DNA of 64,000 nt from Bacteroidales bacterium (GCA_963675215.1 OY775914.1:3672653-3736652), one strand, 5' to 3'. Shown: positions 1 to 11,471, counted from the stretch's first letter. Notes: generated by a model not told the origin, from the letters alone. Program-made: numbers and translations.

Positions 1-1046
1 CAAAAATGGATGAGCAAATGATTGATGGGGCAGTAATTGATGGCAAAAGTAAATTCCTTTTACATTATAATTTCCCTTCTTTCTCAACTGGAGAAGCTCG
101 ACCTAACAGAGGAACGAGTAGAAGAGAAGTTGGTCATGGAAACTTAGCTATGCGCGCACTTAAGTATGTAATTCCAGAAGGAATAGAAAATCCTTATACC
201 ATCAGAGTTGTTTCTGACATTCTAGAATCAAACGGATCCTCATCAATGGCATCAGTTTGTGGTGGAACACTTGCCTTAATGGATGCCGGTGTTAAAATTA
301 CCAAACCCGTTTCAGGAATAGCAATGGGATTAATTGCCGATACAAAAACAGGGAAATATGCCATTTTATCCGACATCTTAGGCGATGAAGATCATTTAGG
401 CGATATGGATTTTAAAGTAACCGGAACGCGCGATGGAATTACAGCTTGTCAGATGGACATCAAAGTTGATGGTTTATCATATCAGGTTTTAGAAGAAGCA
501 TTGGAGCAAGCAAAAAAAGGACGTCTTCATATATTAGGGGAAATGGAAAAAACTATTTCTGTACCTCGTGAAGATTATAAACCTCATGTTCCTCGAATCG
601 AGAAGATGATTATCCCTAAAGAATTTATTGGTGCTGTTATCGGCCCAGGTGGAAAAATCATTCAGGAATTACAATTATCTACAAACACAACAATTGTTAT
701 TGAAGAAGTAGATAATACAGGCGTAATTGATATCGTTTCAAGCAATAAAGAAGATATTGAAGCTGCAAAAATGCGTATCAAACAAATAGTTGCAGTACCT
801 GAAGTTGGTGAAATCTATCAAGGTGTGGTAAAAAACATTGTTCCTTTTGGCGCATTTGTTGAAATCATGCCTGGTAAAGATGGCTTATTGCATATTTCTG
901 AAGTTAACTGGGAACGACTGGAAACAGTAGAGTCTGTGTTAAAAGTTGGTGATAAAGTAGAAGTTAAACTGATAGGCGTTGATCCTAAAACAGGAAAACT
1001 AAAACTCTCAAGAAAAGTGCTTTTACCAAAGCCGGAAAAGAAGTAA
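1..1046 (+). CDS. pnp: Polynucleotide phosphorylase, C-terminal part (5' end lies outside the window)
   Basis: Frame is open to base 1. Second RNase PH core motif [15 protein letters not shown] motif [15 protein letters not shown]1 motif [20 protein letters not shown]. Confidence 0.95.
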   Translation, partial: KMDEQMIDGAVIDGKSKFLLHYNFPSFSTGEARPNRGTSRREVGHGNLAMRALKYVIPEGIENPYTIRVVSDILESNGSSSMASVCGGTLALMDAGVKITKPVSGIAMGLIADTKTGKYAILSDILGDEDHLGDMDFKVTGTRDGITACQMDIKVDGLSYQVLEEALEQAKKGRLHILGEMEKTISVPREDYKPHVPRIEKMIIPKEFIGAVIGPGGKIIQELQLSTNTTIVIEEVDNTGVIDIVSSNKEDIEAAKMRIKQIVAVPEVGEIYQGVVKNIVPFGAFVEIMPGKDGLLHISEVNWERLETVESVLKVGDKVEVKLIGVDPKTGKLKLSRKVLLPKPEKK

Positions 1047-1118
1047 TATTTTTGTAACAAAATATAGAAAGCGTCGTAAAATACAACGCACGACACAAAA
1101 TTAATATTTCTCTATAAA

Positions 1119-1982
1119 ATGCGACAACTAAAAATTACCAAACAGGTTACCAATCGCGAAACAGCTTCTTTGGATAAATACCTGCAAGAAATTGGAAAAG
1201 TAGAACTAATTACTGCTGACGAAGAAGTAACACTTGCTCAAAAGATTAAGCAAGGTGACCGACTAGCTCTTGAAAAATTAACAAAAGCTAATTTGCGCTT
1301 CGTCGTTTCTGTATCTAAACAATATCAGAACCAAGGATTAAGTTTACCTGATTTAATTAATGAAGGTAATTTAGGTCTCATAAAAGCAGCTCAACGTTTC
1401 GATGAAACCAGAGGATTTAAATTCATTTCCTACGCAGTTTGGTGGATTCGCCAATCAATTTTACAAGCATTGGCCGAGCAATCAAGAATTGTTCGTTTAC
1501 CACTTAATAAAATTGGTGCGATCAATAAAATAAATAAAGCTTACGCTAAACTTGAACAAAAATTTGAACGTGAGCCAAATCATGATGAGATTGCTGATTT
1601 ATTGGAATGTTCGGAGACTGAAGTCAAAGAATCAATCAAAAATTCTGGTCGACATGTATCCATGGATGCACCTCTAGTTCAAGACGAGGACAATAATATG
1701 TATGACGTGCTCAGAAACGATGATGGTCCTACGCCCGAAACTGAATTACTTTATGACTCACTTCGAAAAGAAATTGACAGAGCAGTTTCAACACTTACAC
1801 CTAGAGAAGCTGATGTAGTAAAGCTTTACTTTGGTCTAAACGGTGGGCATCCAATGACTTTAGAAGAAATTGGTGAAAAATTCGATCTAACGCGTGAAAG
1901 GGTGCGACAAATTAAGGAGAAAGCGATTCGCAGGTTAAAACATACTTCGCGGAGCAAAATATTAAAAACCTATTTAGGTTAA
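1119..1982 (+). CDS. rpoD: Primary RNA polymerase sigma factor (compact Bacteroidota-type sigma-70)
   Basis: 287 aa. Region 2 ([26 protein letters not shown]) and region 4 ([27 protein letters not shown]). Confidence 0.95.
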   Translation: MRQLKITKQVTNRETASLDKYLQEIGKVELITADEEVTLAQKIKQGDRLALEKLTKANLRFVVSVSKQYQNQGLSLPDLINEGNLGLIKAAQRFDETRGFKFISYAVWWIRQSILQALAEQSRIVRLPLNKIGAINKINKAYAKLEQKFEREPNHDEIADLLECSETEVKESIKNSGRHVSMDAPLVQDEDNNMYDVLRNDDGPTPETELLYDSLRKEIDRAVSTLTPREADVVKLYFGLNGGHPMTLEEIGEKFDLTRERVRQIKEKAIRRLKHTSRSKILKTYLG

Positions 1983-1987
1983 TCTTT

Positions 1988-2017
1988 AACGTCCGGTTTT
2001 GCCGGACGTTTTTTTTT
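1988..2017 (+). terminator. Intrinsic terminator after rpoD
   Basis: Perfect 9-bp stem aacgtccgg / ccggacgtt with a 5-nt loop, running into a T-run. Confidence 0.85.
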
Positions 2018-2018
2018 A

Positions 2019-2026
2019 TATTTTTG
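2019..2026 (+). promoter_or_regulatory. Bacteroidota -7 promoter motif TAnnTTTG (TATTTTTG) for rpe
   Basis: Exact motif match. The rpe ATG starts 20 nt after the motif ends. Confidence 0.45.
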
Positions 2027-2045
2027 AATTCAAATTAACTAGCTC

Positions 2046-2696
2046 ATGAATCACTTAATAGCCCCATCTTTATTATCAGCTGACTTTGCCAATTTGAAAG
2101 CAGATATTGACCTAGTAAACAGAAGCGAAGCTGATTGGTTTCATGTTGATGTAATGGATGGCGTATTTGTCCCAAATATTTCTTTTGGACAACCAATCAT
2201 CAAACACATTAAAAAACATGCAACAAAACCCTTGGATGTGCATTTGATGATTGTTGACCCGAATCGTTATTTTAAGGACTTTAAAGATGCAGGAGCAGAT
2301 ATCCTGACTATTCATTACGAAGCTTGTACCCACCTGCATCGCTCAATTCAAGCAATCAAAGCTTTAAACATGAAAGCCGGAGTTGTATTAAACCCGCACA
2401 CACCAATTCATGTTCTTGAAGACATCATCACTGATCTTGATGTTGTTTTACTGATGTCTGTAAATCCTGGATTTGGGGGACAAAAATTTATTGAGAATAC
2501 CTATCAAAAAATAGCTAAGCTTAATAAATTAATAACGGATAAAAAGGCCAATGCCCTAATAGAAGTCGATGGAGGAGTTACACTTGAAAATGCACCCAAA
2601 TTAATTAAGGCAGGAGCAAGGGTTTTAGTCGCAGGCAATACTGTTTTCGGATCGGAAAATCCGGAGAATACGATTGCTCAATTAAAAAATATTTAA
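2046..2696 (+). CDS. rpe: Ribulose-phosphate 3-epimerase
   Basis: 216 aa. HVDVMDGVFVPNISFG, SVNPGFGGQKF and EVDGGV motifs. Confidence 0.93.
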   Translation: MNHLIAPSLLSADFANLKADIDLVNRSEADWFHVDVMDGVFVPNISFGQPIIKHIKKHATKPLDVHLMIVDPNRYFKDFKDAGADILTIHYEACTHLHRSIQAIKALNMKAGVVLNPHTPIHVLEDIITDLDVVLLMSVNPGFGGQKFIENTYQKIAKLNKLITDKKANALIEVDGGVTLENAPKLIKAGARVLVAGNTVFGSENPENTIAQLKNI

Positions 2697-2705
2697 ATGT
2701 AACAA

Positions 2706-3524
2706 ATGCAATTCACAGTAATTGTAGTTTCAGATGGTACGGGTCGCACGGCTCAACAAGCATTAGATGCAGCACTTACTCAATTCCCGGGTGTTAAAAT
2801 CAATATTATTGTTAAAGCACATCTTCGTACTAAAAACGAAGTAAAAGAAATTATTGAAACTGCCATCGATTCTAAAGCGTTCATCTTACATACCATTGTC
2901 CAAAACGAAGTCCGACATGAACTGGTGCGATTAGGCAGAATCAAAAATATCGAAACCATTGATTTAATGGGTCCTCTTCTGGCCAGATTAGGTCATCAAT
3001 TTGAGAATAATCCGGTGCAAAAACCCGGCCTTTTCCACACAAGGAATAAAGAATATTTTCAGCGCATTGATGCCATGCAATTTGCCTTCAATCATGATGA
3101 TGGCCTGCGAGCTCATGAATTAAACAAAGCCGAAATAGTTTTAGTTGGCGTATCAAGAACTTTTAAAACGCCACTTAGCATTTACTTCGCCTACAAAGGT
3201 TGGTTTGTAGCCAATATTCCTTTAATCAAAGGGCTTAACCCTCCTGATGAACTATTTAAAATTGATCCGACAAAGGTTTTTGGCCTCACAACAACACCTG
3301 TTAGACTATCTGCTTTACGTCAGGTTCGGGAAGAACATCTTGGAGGACAAACTGGTGAATACGCCTCATTAAAACATGTGAAGGAAGAGCTTTGGTATGC
3401 AGAAAACCTGTTCAAAAACAACCCGGGTTGGTCTATAATTAAAGTAACAGGAAAGCCTATTGAAGAAATTGCATCCGAAATAATAGCTATTCTTGAACCT
3501 AAACAAAAAAAAACCATTCTTTAA
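2706..3524 (+). CDS. Pyruvate phosphate dikinase / PEP synthase regulatory protein (kinase/pyrophosphorylase, DUF299 family)
   Basis: 272 aa. P-loop-like GVSRTFKTPLS and family-typical length. Confidence 0.8.
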   Translation: MQFTVIVVSDGTGRTAQQALDAALTQFPGVKINIIVKAHLRTKNEVKEIIETAIDSKAFILHTIVQNEVRHELVRLGRIKNIETIDLMGPLLARLGHQFENNPVQKPGLFHTRNKEYFQRIDAMQFAFNHDDGLRAHELNKAEIVLVGVSRTFKTPLSIYFAYKGWFVANIPLIKGLNPPDELFKIDPTKVFGLTTTPVRLSALRQVREEHLGGQTGEYASLKHVKEELWYAENLFKNNPGWSIIKVTGKPIEEIASEIIAILEPKQKKTIL

Positions 3525-3638
3525 GTTAAAATACAATGTTTAAAAAATGATCTATTTAATTAGGCAATTTACCTATCAATATATTTCACAAACTATCATA
3601 CCTTTATCCATTGCTTAAAGAACTAATTTAAAATTAAG

Positions 3639-6002
3639 ATGCCCAAAGTATTAATAATAGATGATAAAAAAGATAATTTAATTTCTATTAAGGCGCTACT
3701 TCTTGCACTAATGAATGAGTTAGAAATTACAACTTCTTTGAGTGGCATGGAAGGAATTGAGCTTGCCAAGAAGCACAAACCTGATCTAATCCTACTCGAT
3801 ATTTCTATGCCAAAAATGGATGGCTTTGAGGTTTGCGAAAAATTAAAATCTAGCAAAGTAACGAAGCATATTCCAATAATTATGCTCACTGCCTACAAAA
3901 CGGATCAAAAGAGCAGGCAAAAAGGTCTGGAACTTGGCGCTGATGCATTCTTAACAAAACCAATTGATGAAACAGAGATCGTTTCGCAAATAAAAGTCAT
4001 GCTCAGAATAAAGGCAGCTGAAGATCACTTACGTGAAAAAAACATCGAATTACAAAAACTTGTAAAGGAAAAAACAGTTGAATTATCTGAAAAGAGTGAA
4101 CAATATAAATCACTAGTTGAAAACTCTCTTGAAGGAATGTATATCATTCAAGATGGGAAAATCCGTTTCCATAACAAAAAATTTGCAGAAATTGTAGGCT
4201 ACAAAAGCAAAACAGATTTAGTAAATAAACCTATCATGGAATTTGTAGCTAAAGAAAGTTATGATTTGGTTAACAAAATGATGAAGCGAAAATTAAGTGG
4301 CGAGCAAAAATCAACTCATTACAAATTTAAAATTCAGAAATTTGATAAAGAAATCATCATTGTAGAATCACTAGCTAATCAAATTCTTTTAGACAATAAA
4401 CCTGCTGTACAAGGTGTTCTTAGAGACATTACCGCTGTAAGCGTATTAGATGATAGTGTTCGAAAGCTTTCTCGAGCTGTAGATCAAAGCCCTGTTTCAA
4501 TCGTTATTACAGATTTGCAAGGAAAGATTGAATATGTTAATTCGGCCTATATCAATATCACAGGCTATCGTGAAGATGAATTAGTTGGCAATAGTTCAAG
4601 CATATTAAAATCCGGTCATACCAAGCCAAGTGAATACAAATCTATTTGGCAAACGATTTTAGATGGTAGAGAATGGAAGGGCGAATTCCTTAATAAGAAA
4701 AAAAGCGGTGAATTATTCTGGGAAGATGCATCAATCTCCCCGATCAAAGATCAAGAAGGAATCATCACTCATTTCCTGGGCGTTAAGCAAGACATTAGTA
4801 GAAGAAAAAGGCTGGAAAATGAACTCATTTACGCCAGAGATAAAGCAGAAGAAGCCGATCATCTAAAAACTGCTTTCTTAGCGAATATGTCTCATGAAAT
4901 CCGAACACCTATGAATGCCATCATGGGATTTTCGAACCTTTTACTCGATGAAAGCTTGACCATAGCTGACCGGGAAGAATATATTGATCTTATTAATAGC
5001 AATAGCCTTAACCTGCTTAAACTTATTGATGATATTTTTGATATTGCCCGAATTGAATCCGGAGAGTTAAAGATATCAAAGTCTGACTTTAATTTTAATG
5101 ATATACTGAATGAGATACATGCCAGTTTCAAAAAATTCACTCTAAAAAAAGGCGGGCATAGAATCGGGTTGGAAATAGTAACTCCTCATGTTCCGCATAA
5201 TGGGATGATCAAAAGTGATCCTCTAAGATTGAAGCAAGTACTATCAAATTTGGTTAGCAATGCCATTAAATACACCGAAAAGGGAAGTATAAAAATAGGA
5301 TATAATATTATTCCATCTACGGCTTCAACAAACAATTATCCCTCACTTCAGTTTTACGTAAAGGATACTGGCATAGGTATTCCACAAAATAAAATGCCAA
5401 TAATTTTTGACCGGTTCCGTCAGGCAGACGACTCACATTCGAGAGAATACGGTGGAACCGGACTAGGCTTAGCAATATCCAAAAACATAGCTCAACTACT
5501 GGGAGGAAATATTCATGCGGTTTCCAGTGTTGGCAAGGGATCGGTGTTTTATTTAACCATCCCACTCGACGAAGCAGTGGTCGACATTAAAAAAGATGAA
5601 GTGGTTCATAAACCCACAAAATCTGAATTTAATTGGGAGAATAAAAGTGTACTGGTTGCAGAAGATGTTGAATCAAATTTCCAGCTTCTGGAAACGTTAC
5701 TCAGGAAAACCAAAGTAAATATTATTTGGGTTAAAGATGGAGAAAAGGCTATCGAAACCGCAAATACAACAAAAGATATTGACTTAATCTTAATGGATAT
5801 TCAAATGCCGGTTTTGAATGGGTTTGAGGCAACAAGGGCCATAAAAAAGACTCAACCAAATATGCCAATAATTGCGGTAACTGCATTTGCATTAGAAGGC
5901 GATAGGGAAAAAATGCTCGATGCCGGATGCGATGGTTACATTTCCAAACCCATCAAATCTAAATTACTATATGAAAAATTAAGCCACTATTTAAACACCT
6001 AA
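3639..6002 (+). CDS. Hybrid sensor histidine kinase / response regulator (REC - coiled coil - 2x PAS - HisKA - HATPase - REC)
   Basis: N-terminal receiver (DLILLDISMPKMDG), H-box SHEIRTPMN, G-boxes DTGIGI and GGTGLGLAIS, C-terminal receiver (DLILMDIQMPVLNG). Confidence 0.9.
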   Translation: MPKVLIIDDKKDNLISIKALLLALMNELEITTSLSGMEGIELAKKHKPDLILLDISMPKMDGFEVCEKLKSSKVTKHIPIIMLTAYKTDQKSRQKGLELGADAFLTKPIDETEIVSQIKVMLRIKAAEDHLREKNIELQKLVKEKTVELSEKSEQYKSLVENSLEGMYIIQDGKIRFHNKKFAEIVGYKSKTDLVNKPIMEFVAKESYDLVNKMMKRKLSGEQKSTHYKFKIQKFDKEIIIVESLANQILLDNKPAVQGVLRDITAVSVLDDSVRKLSRAVDQSPVSIVITDLQGKIEYVNSAYINITGYREDELVGNSSSILKSGHTKPSEYKSIWQTILDGREWKGEFLNKKKSGELFWEDASISPIKDQEGIITHFLGVKQDISRRKRLENELIYARDKAEEADHLKTAFLANMSHEIRTPMNAIMGFSNLLLDESLTIADREEYIDLINSNSLNLLKLIDDIFDIARIESGELKISKSDFNFNDILNEIHASFKKFTLKKGGHRIGLEIVTPHVPHNGMIKSDPLRLKQVLSNLVSNAIKYTEKGSIKIGYNIIPSTASTNNYPSLQFYVKDTGIGIPQNKMPIIFDRFRQADDSHSREYGGTGLGLAISKNIAQLLGGNIHAVSSVGKGSVFYLTIPLDEAVVDIKKDEVVHKPTKSEFNWENKSVLVAEDVESNFQLLETLLRKTKVNIIWVKDGEKAIETANTTKDIDLILMDIQMPVLNGFEATRAIKKTQPNMPIIAVTAFALEGDREKMLDAGCDGYISKPIKSKLLYEKLSHYLNT

Positions 6003-6094
6003 ATCAGCGCTAAAAGCGCTATTTCTAAATTAGTTTTGTATCCTTAATAAAATAATTTCCGCATACAACACGACTACTCTCATGTCTATTTTAC

Positions 6095-6102
6095 TAACTT
6101 TG
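6095..6102 (+). promoter_or_regulatory. -7 promoter motif TAACTTTG for pepD
   Basis: Exact TAnnTTTG match. ATG at 6128, 26 nt after the motif ends. Confidence 0.45.
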
Positions 6103-6127
6103 TTTTTTAAAATTAAAGTTTAATAAA

Positions 6128-7576
6128 ATGGATCAATCAATTACCGCGCTTAAGCCTGAAATTTTATGGCGATATTTTAATGAAATTCTTGAAATTCCGC
6201 GTCCTTCAAAAAAGGAAGAGAAAATTATGCAATACTTGCTTGATTTTGGGAAGAAACATCAACTTGAAACTTTTCAAGATAAAATTGGGAATATAATTAT
6301 CAAGAAGGCTGCTACAGCCGGTAAAGAAAAGTCTAAAATCGTTGTTTTACAAAGTCATATGGATATGGTTTGCGAAAAAAACAGTGACAAGATTCATGAT
6401 TTTGAGAAAGATCCAATAATTGCTTACATCGATGGAGAATGGGTAAAAGCAAAAGGAACAACGCTTGGAGCAGATGATGGAATTGGAATTGCTGCCCAGC
6501 TCGCCATTTTAGCATCAAATGAATTTCAGCATGGACCAATTGAATGCCTATTTACAACAGATGAAGAAACCGGATTAACTGGAGCGAAAAACTTAGATCC
6601 TGATATATTGAAAGGGGAAATTCTTTTAAATCTAGATTCTGAAGATGAGGGACAATTATTTATTGGATGTGCCGGAGGCAAGGATACCACCATTGAAATG
6701 CCTTTTAAAAAAGATATAATCCCTGAAGGAAATGGCAGTTTTAAAATTATTGTAAATGGATTAAACGGCGGACATTCAGGCGATGAAATAAACAAAGGCC
6801 TTGGCAATGCAAATAAGATTTTAAATCGATTGTTGTGGACTGCTTCTGAGTTTGATTTGAGATTAGCACATTTTGATGGAGGAAATTTAAGAAATGCCAT
6901 TGCACGAGAAGCTTATGCCATTGTTAGTATTCCAAAAAAGAATATTCAAAAACTTGAAGATTTTGTTGCAGATTATTCCCAAACAGTTAAGGCCGCCTAT
7001 AAAATTACGGATGCGGGATTAAACATCGAAATCGAGAAAGCAGAAACGCCCTCATTTGTTTTTGACACCCTAACACAACGGAACCTGCTAAATTCACTAT
7101 ATGCCTGCCCTCATGGGGTAATTGCCTATTCTGCAGAAATTCCGGGATTTGTTGAAACATCCACAAATTTGGCAGCCGTAAAAACATTAGCCGATCATAT
7201 CAAAATCACAACCAGTCAACGAAGTTCAGTTGAATCAGCTAAAGCAGATGTGGCAAACATGGTTCGAGCCACATTTGAATTAACAGGATCAAAAATTTAT
7301 CATTCCGATGGATATCCCGGCTGGTCGCCAAATCCAAATTCCGAAATAGTTGAACTAACAGCTAAATCTTATAAAAATTTGTTTAATGAAGAACCTGAAG
7401 TTTTAGCTATTCATGCGGGGTTGGAATGTGGATTAATTGGAGCCATTTATCCAAAGATGGATATGATTTCTTTCGGACCAACCATTAAAGGTGCTCATTC
7501 TCCTGATGAAAGAATTCACATAGGAACCACATTGAAGTTTTGGAATTTATTAATAGATGTTTTAAGCAAAATATAA
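6128..7576 (+). CDS. pepD: Aminoacyl-histidine dipeptidase (M20 family, PepD-type)
   Basis: 482 aa. HMDMV, GADDGIG and TTDEETGLTGA metal and catalytic motifs of M20/PepD. Confidence 0.9.
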   Translation: MDQSITALKPEILWRYFNEILEIPRPSKKEEKIMQYLLDFGKKHQLETFQDKIGNIIIKKAATAGKEKSKIVVLQSHMDMVCEKNSDKIHDFEKDPIIAYIDGEWVKAKGTTLGADDGIGIAAQLAILASNEFQHGPIECLFTTDEETGLTGAKNLDPDILKGEILLNLDSEDEGQLFIGCAGGKDTTIEMPFKKDIIPEGNGSFKIIVNGLNGGHSGDEINKGLGNANKILNRLLWTASEFDLRLAHFDGGNLRNAIAREAYAIVSIPKKNIQKLEDFVADYSQTVKAAYKITDAGLNIEIEKAETPSFVFDTLTQRNLLNSLYACPHGVIAYSAEIPGFVETSTNLAAVKTLADHIKITTSQRSSVESAKADVANMVRATFELTGSKIYHSDGYPGWSPNPNSEIVELTAKSYKNLFNEEPEVLAIHAGLECGLIGAIYPKMDMISFGPTIKGAHSPDERIHIGTTLKFWNLLIDVLSKI

Positions 7577-7587
7577 ATTCACTTGTT

Positions 7588-8154
7588 TTACAAACCTATG
7601 ATTATGCCTACCCTGTAAATTGGGTTCGTATACATAGAATCGGGTGATTCTGTCAGATTCCATAAAATCATAATATCTGAATACAGATTATGCCCGATCA
7701 TTTGACGATATCCACCACCAACTAAGACACTACTCACATTTTTTCGTGCATAACGGTTAATATCTATGGCTACTTCATAATTCAAAACTTCGTATTCAGC
7801 ATAAGCAAAAACTTCCGGAATGATGGAATATTTTGAAAATACTCTTCCTCCATAAACATTTGAAGTATACTTATAATCACCCTTTCCTTCACTCAGGTGC
7901 TGATAGGTAAATCCGGCTCCTACAGACAATTTATTGGTCAATTTATAGCCGGTATAAGGCGAAATGTCAAGAATCGTAATTGTTCCAAATTGTAAGCCAA
8001 GATTACCTCCTATAAACCAACGACTCGGTCGATAAGAAGTATACGCTTCATCCTGAGCGATCAAACTTTCAGCCGAAAATAAAAGCAGCAGAAGTGTTAA
8101 AACAATTAATCGAGTCTTCAATTTTATTTTTGATTCGCAGAATACGTGAGACAT
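7588..8154 (-). CDS. Small outer-membrane beta-barrel protein (function unknown)
   Basis: Signal peptide (LLLLLFSAESLIAQ) and alternating aromatic/Gly beta-strand pattern. No specific family recognised. Confidence 0.55.
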   Translation of the reverse strand: MSHVFCESKIKLKTRLIVLTLLLLLFSAESLIAQDEAYTSYRPSRWFIGGNLGLQFGTITILDISPYTGYKLTNKLSVGAGFTYQHLSEGKGDYKYTSNVYGGRVFSKYSIIPEVFAYAEYEVLNYEVAIDINRYARKNVSSVLVGGGYRQMIGHNLYSDIMILWNLTESPDSMYTNPIYRVGIIIGL

Positions 8155-8232
8155 GTTTTTTAGTTTTTCTGATTATACAAAGCAAACGCATACAATAATA
8201 AACAAATTCCATCGTATAATTATGGGTTTACT

Positions 8233-8240
8233 TATCTTTG
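8233..8240 (+). promoter_or_regulatory. -7 promoter motif TATCTTTG for the downstream lipoprotein gene
   Basis: Exact TAnnTTTG match that overlaps the TTG start proposed in the ORF track. It favours the ATG at 8259, 19 nt after the motif ends. Confidence 0.45.
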
Positions 8241-8258
8241 ATTATTCGAACAATAATT

Positions 8259-9731
8259 ATGCAAGCAGCTTCCTCCAAATATTATACCACCCTTCCTATT
8301 CTCATCCTTACGGTGTTCTTCATATTTACTTCTTGCAAAAAAAACGATTTCTTAATTGAAGAACCTACCATTGTGTTGACGTTTTCAAATGACACCATCG
8401 TTTTCGACACCGTTTTTACCAGCATCGGTTCCATCACAAAGCAATTAAAAGTTTACAATCCTTATGGTCATAAAATTAATATCCAATCCATTGAACTTAG
8501 CGGGGGAGAAACATCGGCTTATCGTTTAAATATTGACGGCACACCTGCATTAAAATTGAATAATCTTGAATTAGAAGGTGGTGACAGCATGTATATTTTC
8601 ATAAAAGTGTTAGTTGATCCAAATGACGAAAACAGTCCGTTTGTTGTAGATGATAAAATTCTATTTAAAACTACGGGTTATTCTCAAGAAGTAGAACTAG
8701 TTGCCTGGGGCCAAAATGCAAATTACATCATTTCCAACCAAAATATTGAAGGACTTCCCTCTTTCTCAATTGTTGCGACAGAAAACACAAATGTCATATG
8801 GGACAACACAAGGCCTTATCTTATTTATGGTTATGCAGTGGTTGATTCCGGAGCCATGCTACAAATTGAGGCTGGGACAAAAATTCATTTCCATAATAAT
8901 TCAGGTTTATGGGTTTATAAAGGAGGGAGTTTAAAAGTAAATGGCACACTTGATGAGCCGGTTGTTTTTGAGGGTGACAGATTAGACCCGGATTATCGCA
9001 ATCTTACCGGACAGTGGGATCGGATTTTGCTAAACGAGGGTAGTGTTGATAATAAAATTAACTATGCCATTATTAAAAATGGATTCATCGGAATTCAGGT
9101 CGAAACATTGGCTAACCCAATGGGAAATAAATTAAACCTTACAAATACAATAATTTCCAATATGAGTGGGACGGGTATATTGGCAAGAAACTATCACATT
9201 GAAGCTTCAAATAATTTAGTAACTAATTGTGGGAATTACCTGCTAGAATTAACCATGGGTGGTGAGTATAAATTTATTCATTCCACCTTTGCGAATTATT
9301 GGGATGCCTCGGTCAGACAAGCTCCATCGGTTTATTTTAATAACTATCAAGTGCAAGAAAGCGGTTCAGTGATTGCAAAACCAATTAATGTGCTTTTTGG
9401 GAATTGTATCATTGATGGACGTGAAACGAATGAGCTTATTTTCGATTTAATAGAAGACAATAACGCTACATTTCTTTTTGATCACAGTTCGTTGAAAACA
9501 ACATTAAACATTAACAATGATGATCGTTTTACATCATGTTTACAAAGTCCTGAAAATTTATTTGAAGATGTTTGGGATCTAAACTTACATTTAAATAAAC
9601 ATTCACCTGCTATTGATAAAGGTTCCGTTCAAATTGCATTGGAAGCACCCTTCGATATTATTGGCAACTCCAGATCCTTAAATCCTGATCTGGGTGCTTT
9701 TGAATTTTTTGAAGACTTACCAAAAAAGTAA
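8259..9731 (+). CDS. Lipoprotein of unknown function (possibly beta-helix-like)
   Basis: Lipobox-like LTVFFIFTSCKK after the ATG at 8259. The track start at 8238 is a TTG inside the promoter motif. Repetitive N/G/I-rich segments. Fold assignment is a guess. Confidence 0.6.
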   Translation: MQAASSKYYTTLPILILTVFFIFTSCKKNDFLIEEPTIVLTFSNDTIVFDTVFTSIGSITKQLKVYNPYGHKINIQSIELSGGETSAYRLNIDGTPALKLNNLELEGGDSMYIFIKVLVDPNDENSPFVVDDKILFKTTGYSQEVELVAWGQNANYIISNQNIEGLPSFSIVATENTNVIWDNTRPYLIYGYAVVDSGAMLQIEAGTKIHFHNNSGLWVYKGGSLKVNGTLDEPVVFEGDRLDPDYRNLTGQWDRILLNEGSVDNKINYAIIKNGFIGIQVETLANPMGNKLNLTNTIISNMSGTGILARNYHIEASNNLVTNCGNYLLELTMGGEYKFIHSTFANYWDASVRQAPSVYFNNYQVQESGSVIAKPINVLFGNCIIDGRETNELIFDLIEDNNATFLFDHSSLKTTLNINNDDRFTSCLQSPENLFEDVWDLNLHLNKHSPAIDKGSVQIALEAPFDIIGNSRSLNPDLGAFEFFEDLPKK

Positions 9732-11333
9732 ATAAAGTACCATTACAATCACACTTAGCAGTATTGCCGATACATTAAACTTAACATCAGTTTTAAACAT
9801 ACTTCGCTTTAGTTCTAATCCTTGCTTCTGAATTTTATTGCTCGTATAGCTAATTATAATAGCCATCAATGCCAACAAAAGAAAAACAAGTCCCATTCTA
9901 TCAATGAAAGGAATTGAGGGCAATGCCAGCTTAAATACAAACGAGAGTGGTATGGTTAAAACAGCAACAGTAAGGGCGGCATCTGCATTAATTCGCTTCC
10001 AAAATAACCCAAAACAGAAAATTACCACAACACCCGGGGTCACAAAACCTGTGAATTCCTGAATGTATTGAAAGGCCTGATCAAGGTTTCCCAGAAGAGG
10101 TTGAGCTGATAAAACCGCAATAATTAAAGCAACAAAGCTTGTGATTCTTCCAACGTTCACCATTTTTGTGTCACTCACATCTTTATTAATAAACTTCTTG
10201 TAAATATCCATCGTGAATATGGTTGAAGTTGAATTAAGCATCGATGCTAATGATGATACAATTGCGGCTGCTAAGGCTGCAAAAGCAAGGCCTCTGATCC
10301 CGGCAGGAACATAATTATGCAATAACCAGGGATAAGCTTTATCCGAGGGGTCAATCAGTCCACTATCTCGAGTAAGTACAAAGGCTGCAATCCCTGGTAT
10401 TACTACAATTAATGGAATTAATATCTTTAAATATCCGGCGAAAATCACTCCTCTTTGTGCTTCCTTTATGCTTTTTGCAGCCAATCCTCGTTGAATGATA
10501 TATTGATTGAAACCCCAGTACGATAAATTGGCAATCCACATCCCCCCTACTATGACTCCTATTCCCGGCAAATCCATGTAGGCATCTTTCATGCCACCAT
10601 TCCCATCAGGAATCATCAATTCACCTTCTTTTAAAATCATGTTAAACTTTTCAGGTGCCTGATCCAACAAATTCATAAAGCCTGCAATTACCCCTTGCCC
10701 ATCCGATACTGCATCCAAGGCCAGAAATGTGGTAACCAAACCACCTCCAATTAAAAAAATCACTTGTACAACATCTGTCCATGCAACTGCTTTAAGTCCA
10801 CCATAAATTGAATAAACAGCCGCAAAAAGCGCCAATCCGATGATTGCATAACCAATCGGTATGCCCATGATGGTCTCAATAGCCAAAGCCCCTAAATATA
10901 AAACCGAAGTAAGGTTTACAAAAACATAAACGACTAGCCAGAAAGTTGCCATTGCTGTTCTTACCCTGCCATCGTATCTCATTTCTAAAAACTGAGGCAT
11001 GGTATAAATTTTCTTTTCTAAAAAAACCGGCAAAAAATATTTACCAACGATGATCAGTGTAATTGCGGCCATCCATTCGTAAGATGCAATTCCTAAACCA
11101 ATGGCGTAACCAGAACCCGACATCCCTATCATTTGTTCGGCCGAAATATTGGCCGCAATCAGCGAAGCACCAATGGCCCACCATGGCAATGACTTACTTG
11201 CTAAAAAATAATCCTGGGCAGTTTTTTTAACCCCTTTTTTGGTTCGTGATACCCATAAACCGATTACGACAATTAACAAACAGTAGGTGATAAAAACGAT
11301 ATAATCAAGTGAAGAAAATCCTTGGTTGGTCAT
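9717..11333 (-). CDS. Sodium:solute symporter (SSF/SGLT family)
   Basis: 538 aa with about 13-14 hydrophobic spans and SSF-typical stretches (YFLASKSLPWWAIGASLIAANISAEQMIGMSG). Confidence 0.9.
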   Translation of the reverse strand: MTNQGFSSLDYIVFITYCLLIVVIGLWVSRTKKGVKKTAQDYFLASKSLPWWAIGASLIAANISAEQMIGMSGSGYAIGLGIASYEWMAAITLIIVGKYFLPVFLEKKIYTMPQFLEMRYDGRVRTAMATFWLVVYVFVNLTSVLYLGALAIETIMGIPIGYAIIGLALFAAVYSIYGGLKAVAWTDVVQVIFLIGGGLVTTFLALDAVSDGQGVIAGFMNLLDQAPEKFNMILKEGELMIPDGNGGMKDAYMDLPGIGVIVGGMWIANLSYWGFNQYIIQRGLAAKSIKEAQRGVIFAGYLKILIPLIVVIPGIAAFVLTRDSGLIDPSDKAYPWLLHNYVPAGIRGLAFAALAAAIVSSLASMLNSTSTIFTMDIYKKFINKDVSDTKMVNVGRITSFVALIIAVLSAQPLLGNLDQAFQYIQEFTGFVTPGVVVIFCFGLFWKRINADAALTVAVLTIPLSFVFKLALPSIPFIDRMGLVFLLLALMAIIISYTSNKIQKQGLELKRSMFKTDVKFNVSAILLSVIVMVLYLLFW

Positions 11334-11471
11334 ATTATTTTTTGTTTAAAATAAGGCTGCAAATTAATAAAATAAAATTCAATTTTGATTAAAATGAAAT
11401 TCTTACTTTTATTAACTTTATAACACCTTTTAGTTATTAATTAATATTCTGTAACCCCAAATTGTTTCATT

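Noticed and set aside
8153-8359. 68-aa plus-strand ORF in the divergent intergenic region
   Set aside because: It overlaps the promoter box and the signal-peptide region of the 8259 lipoprotein gene in another frame, and it has no motif.
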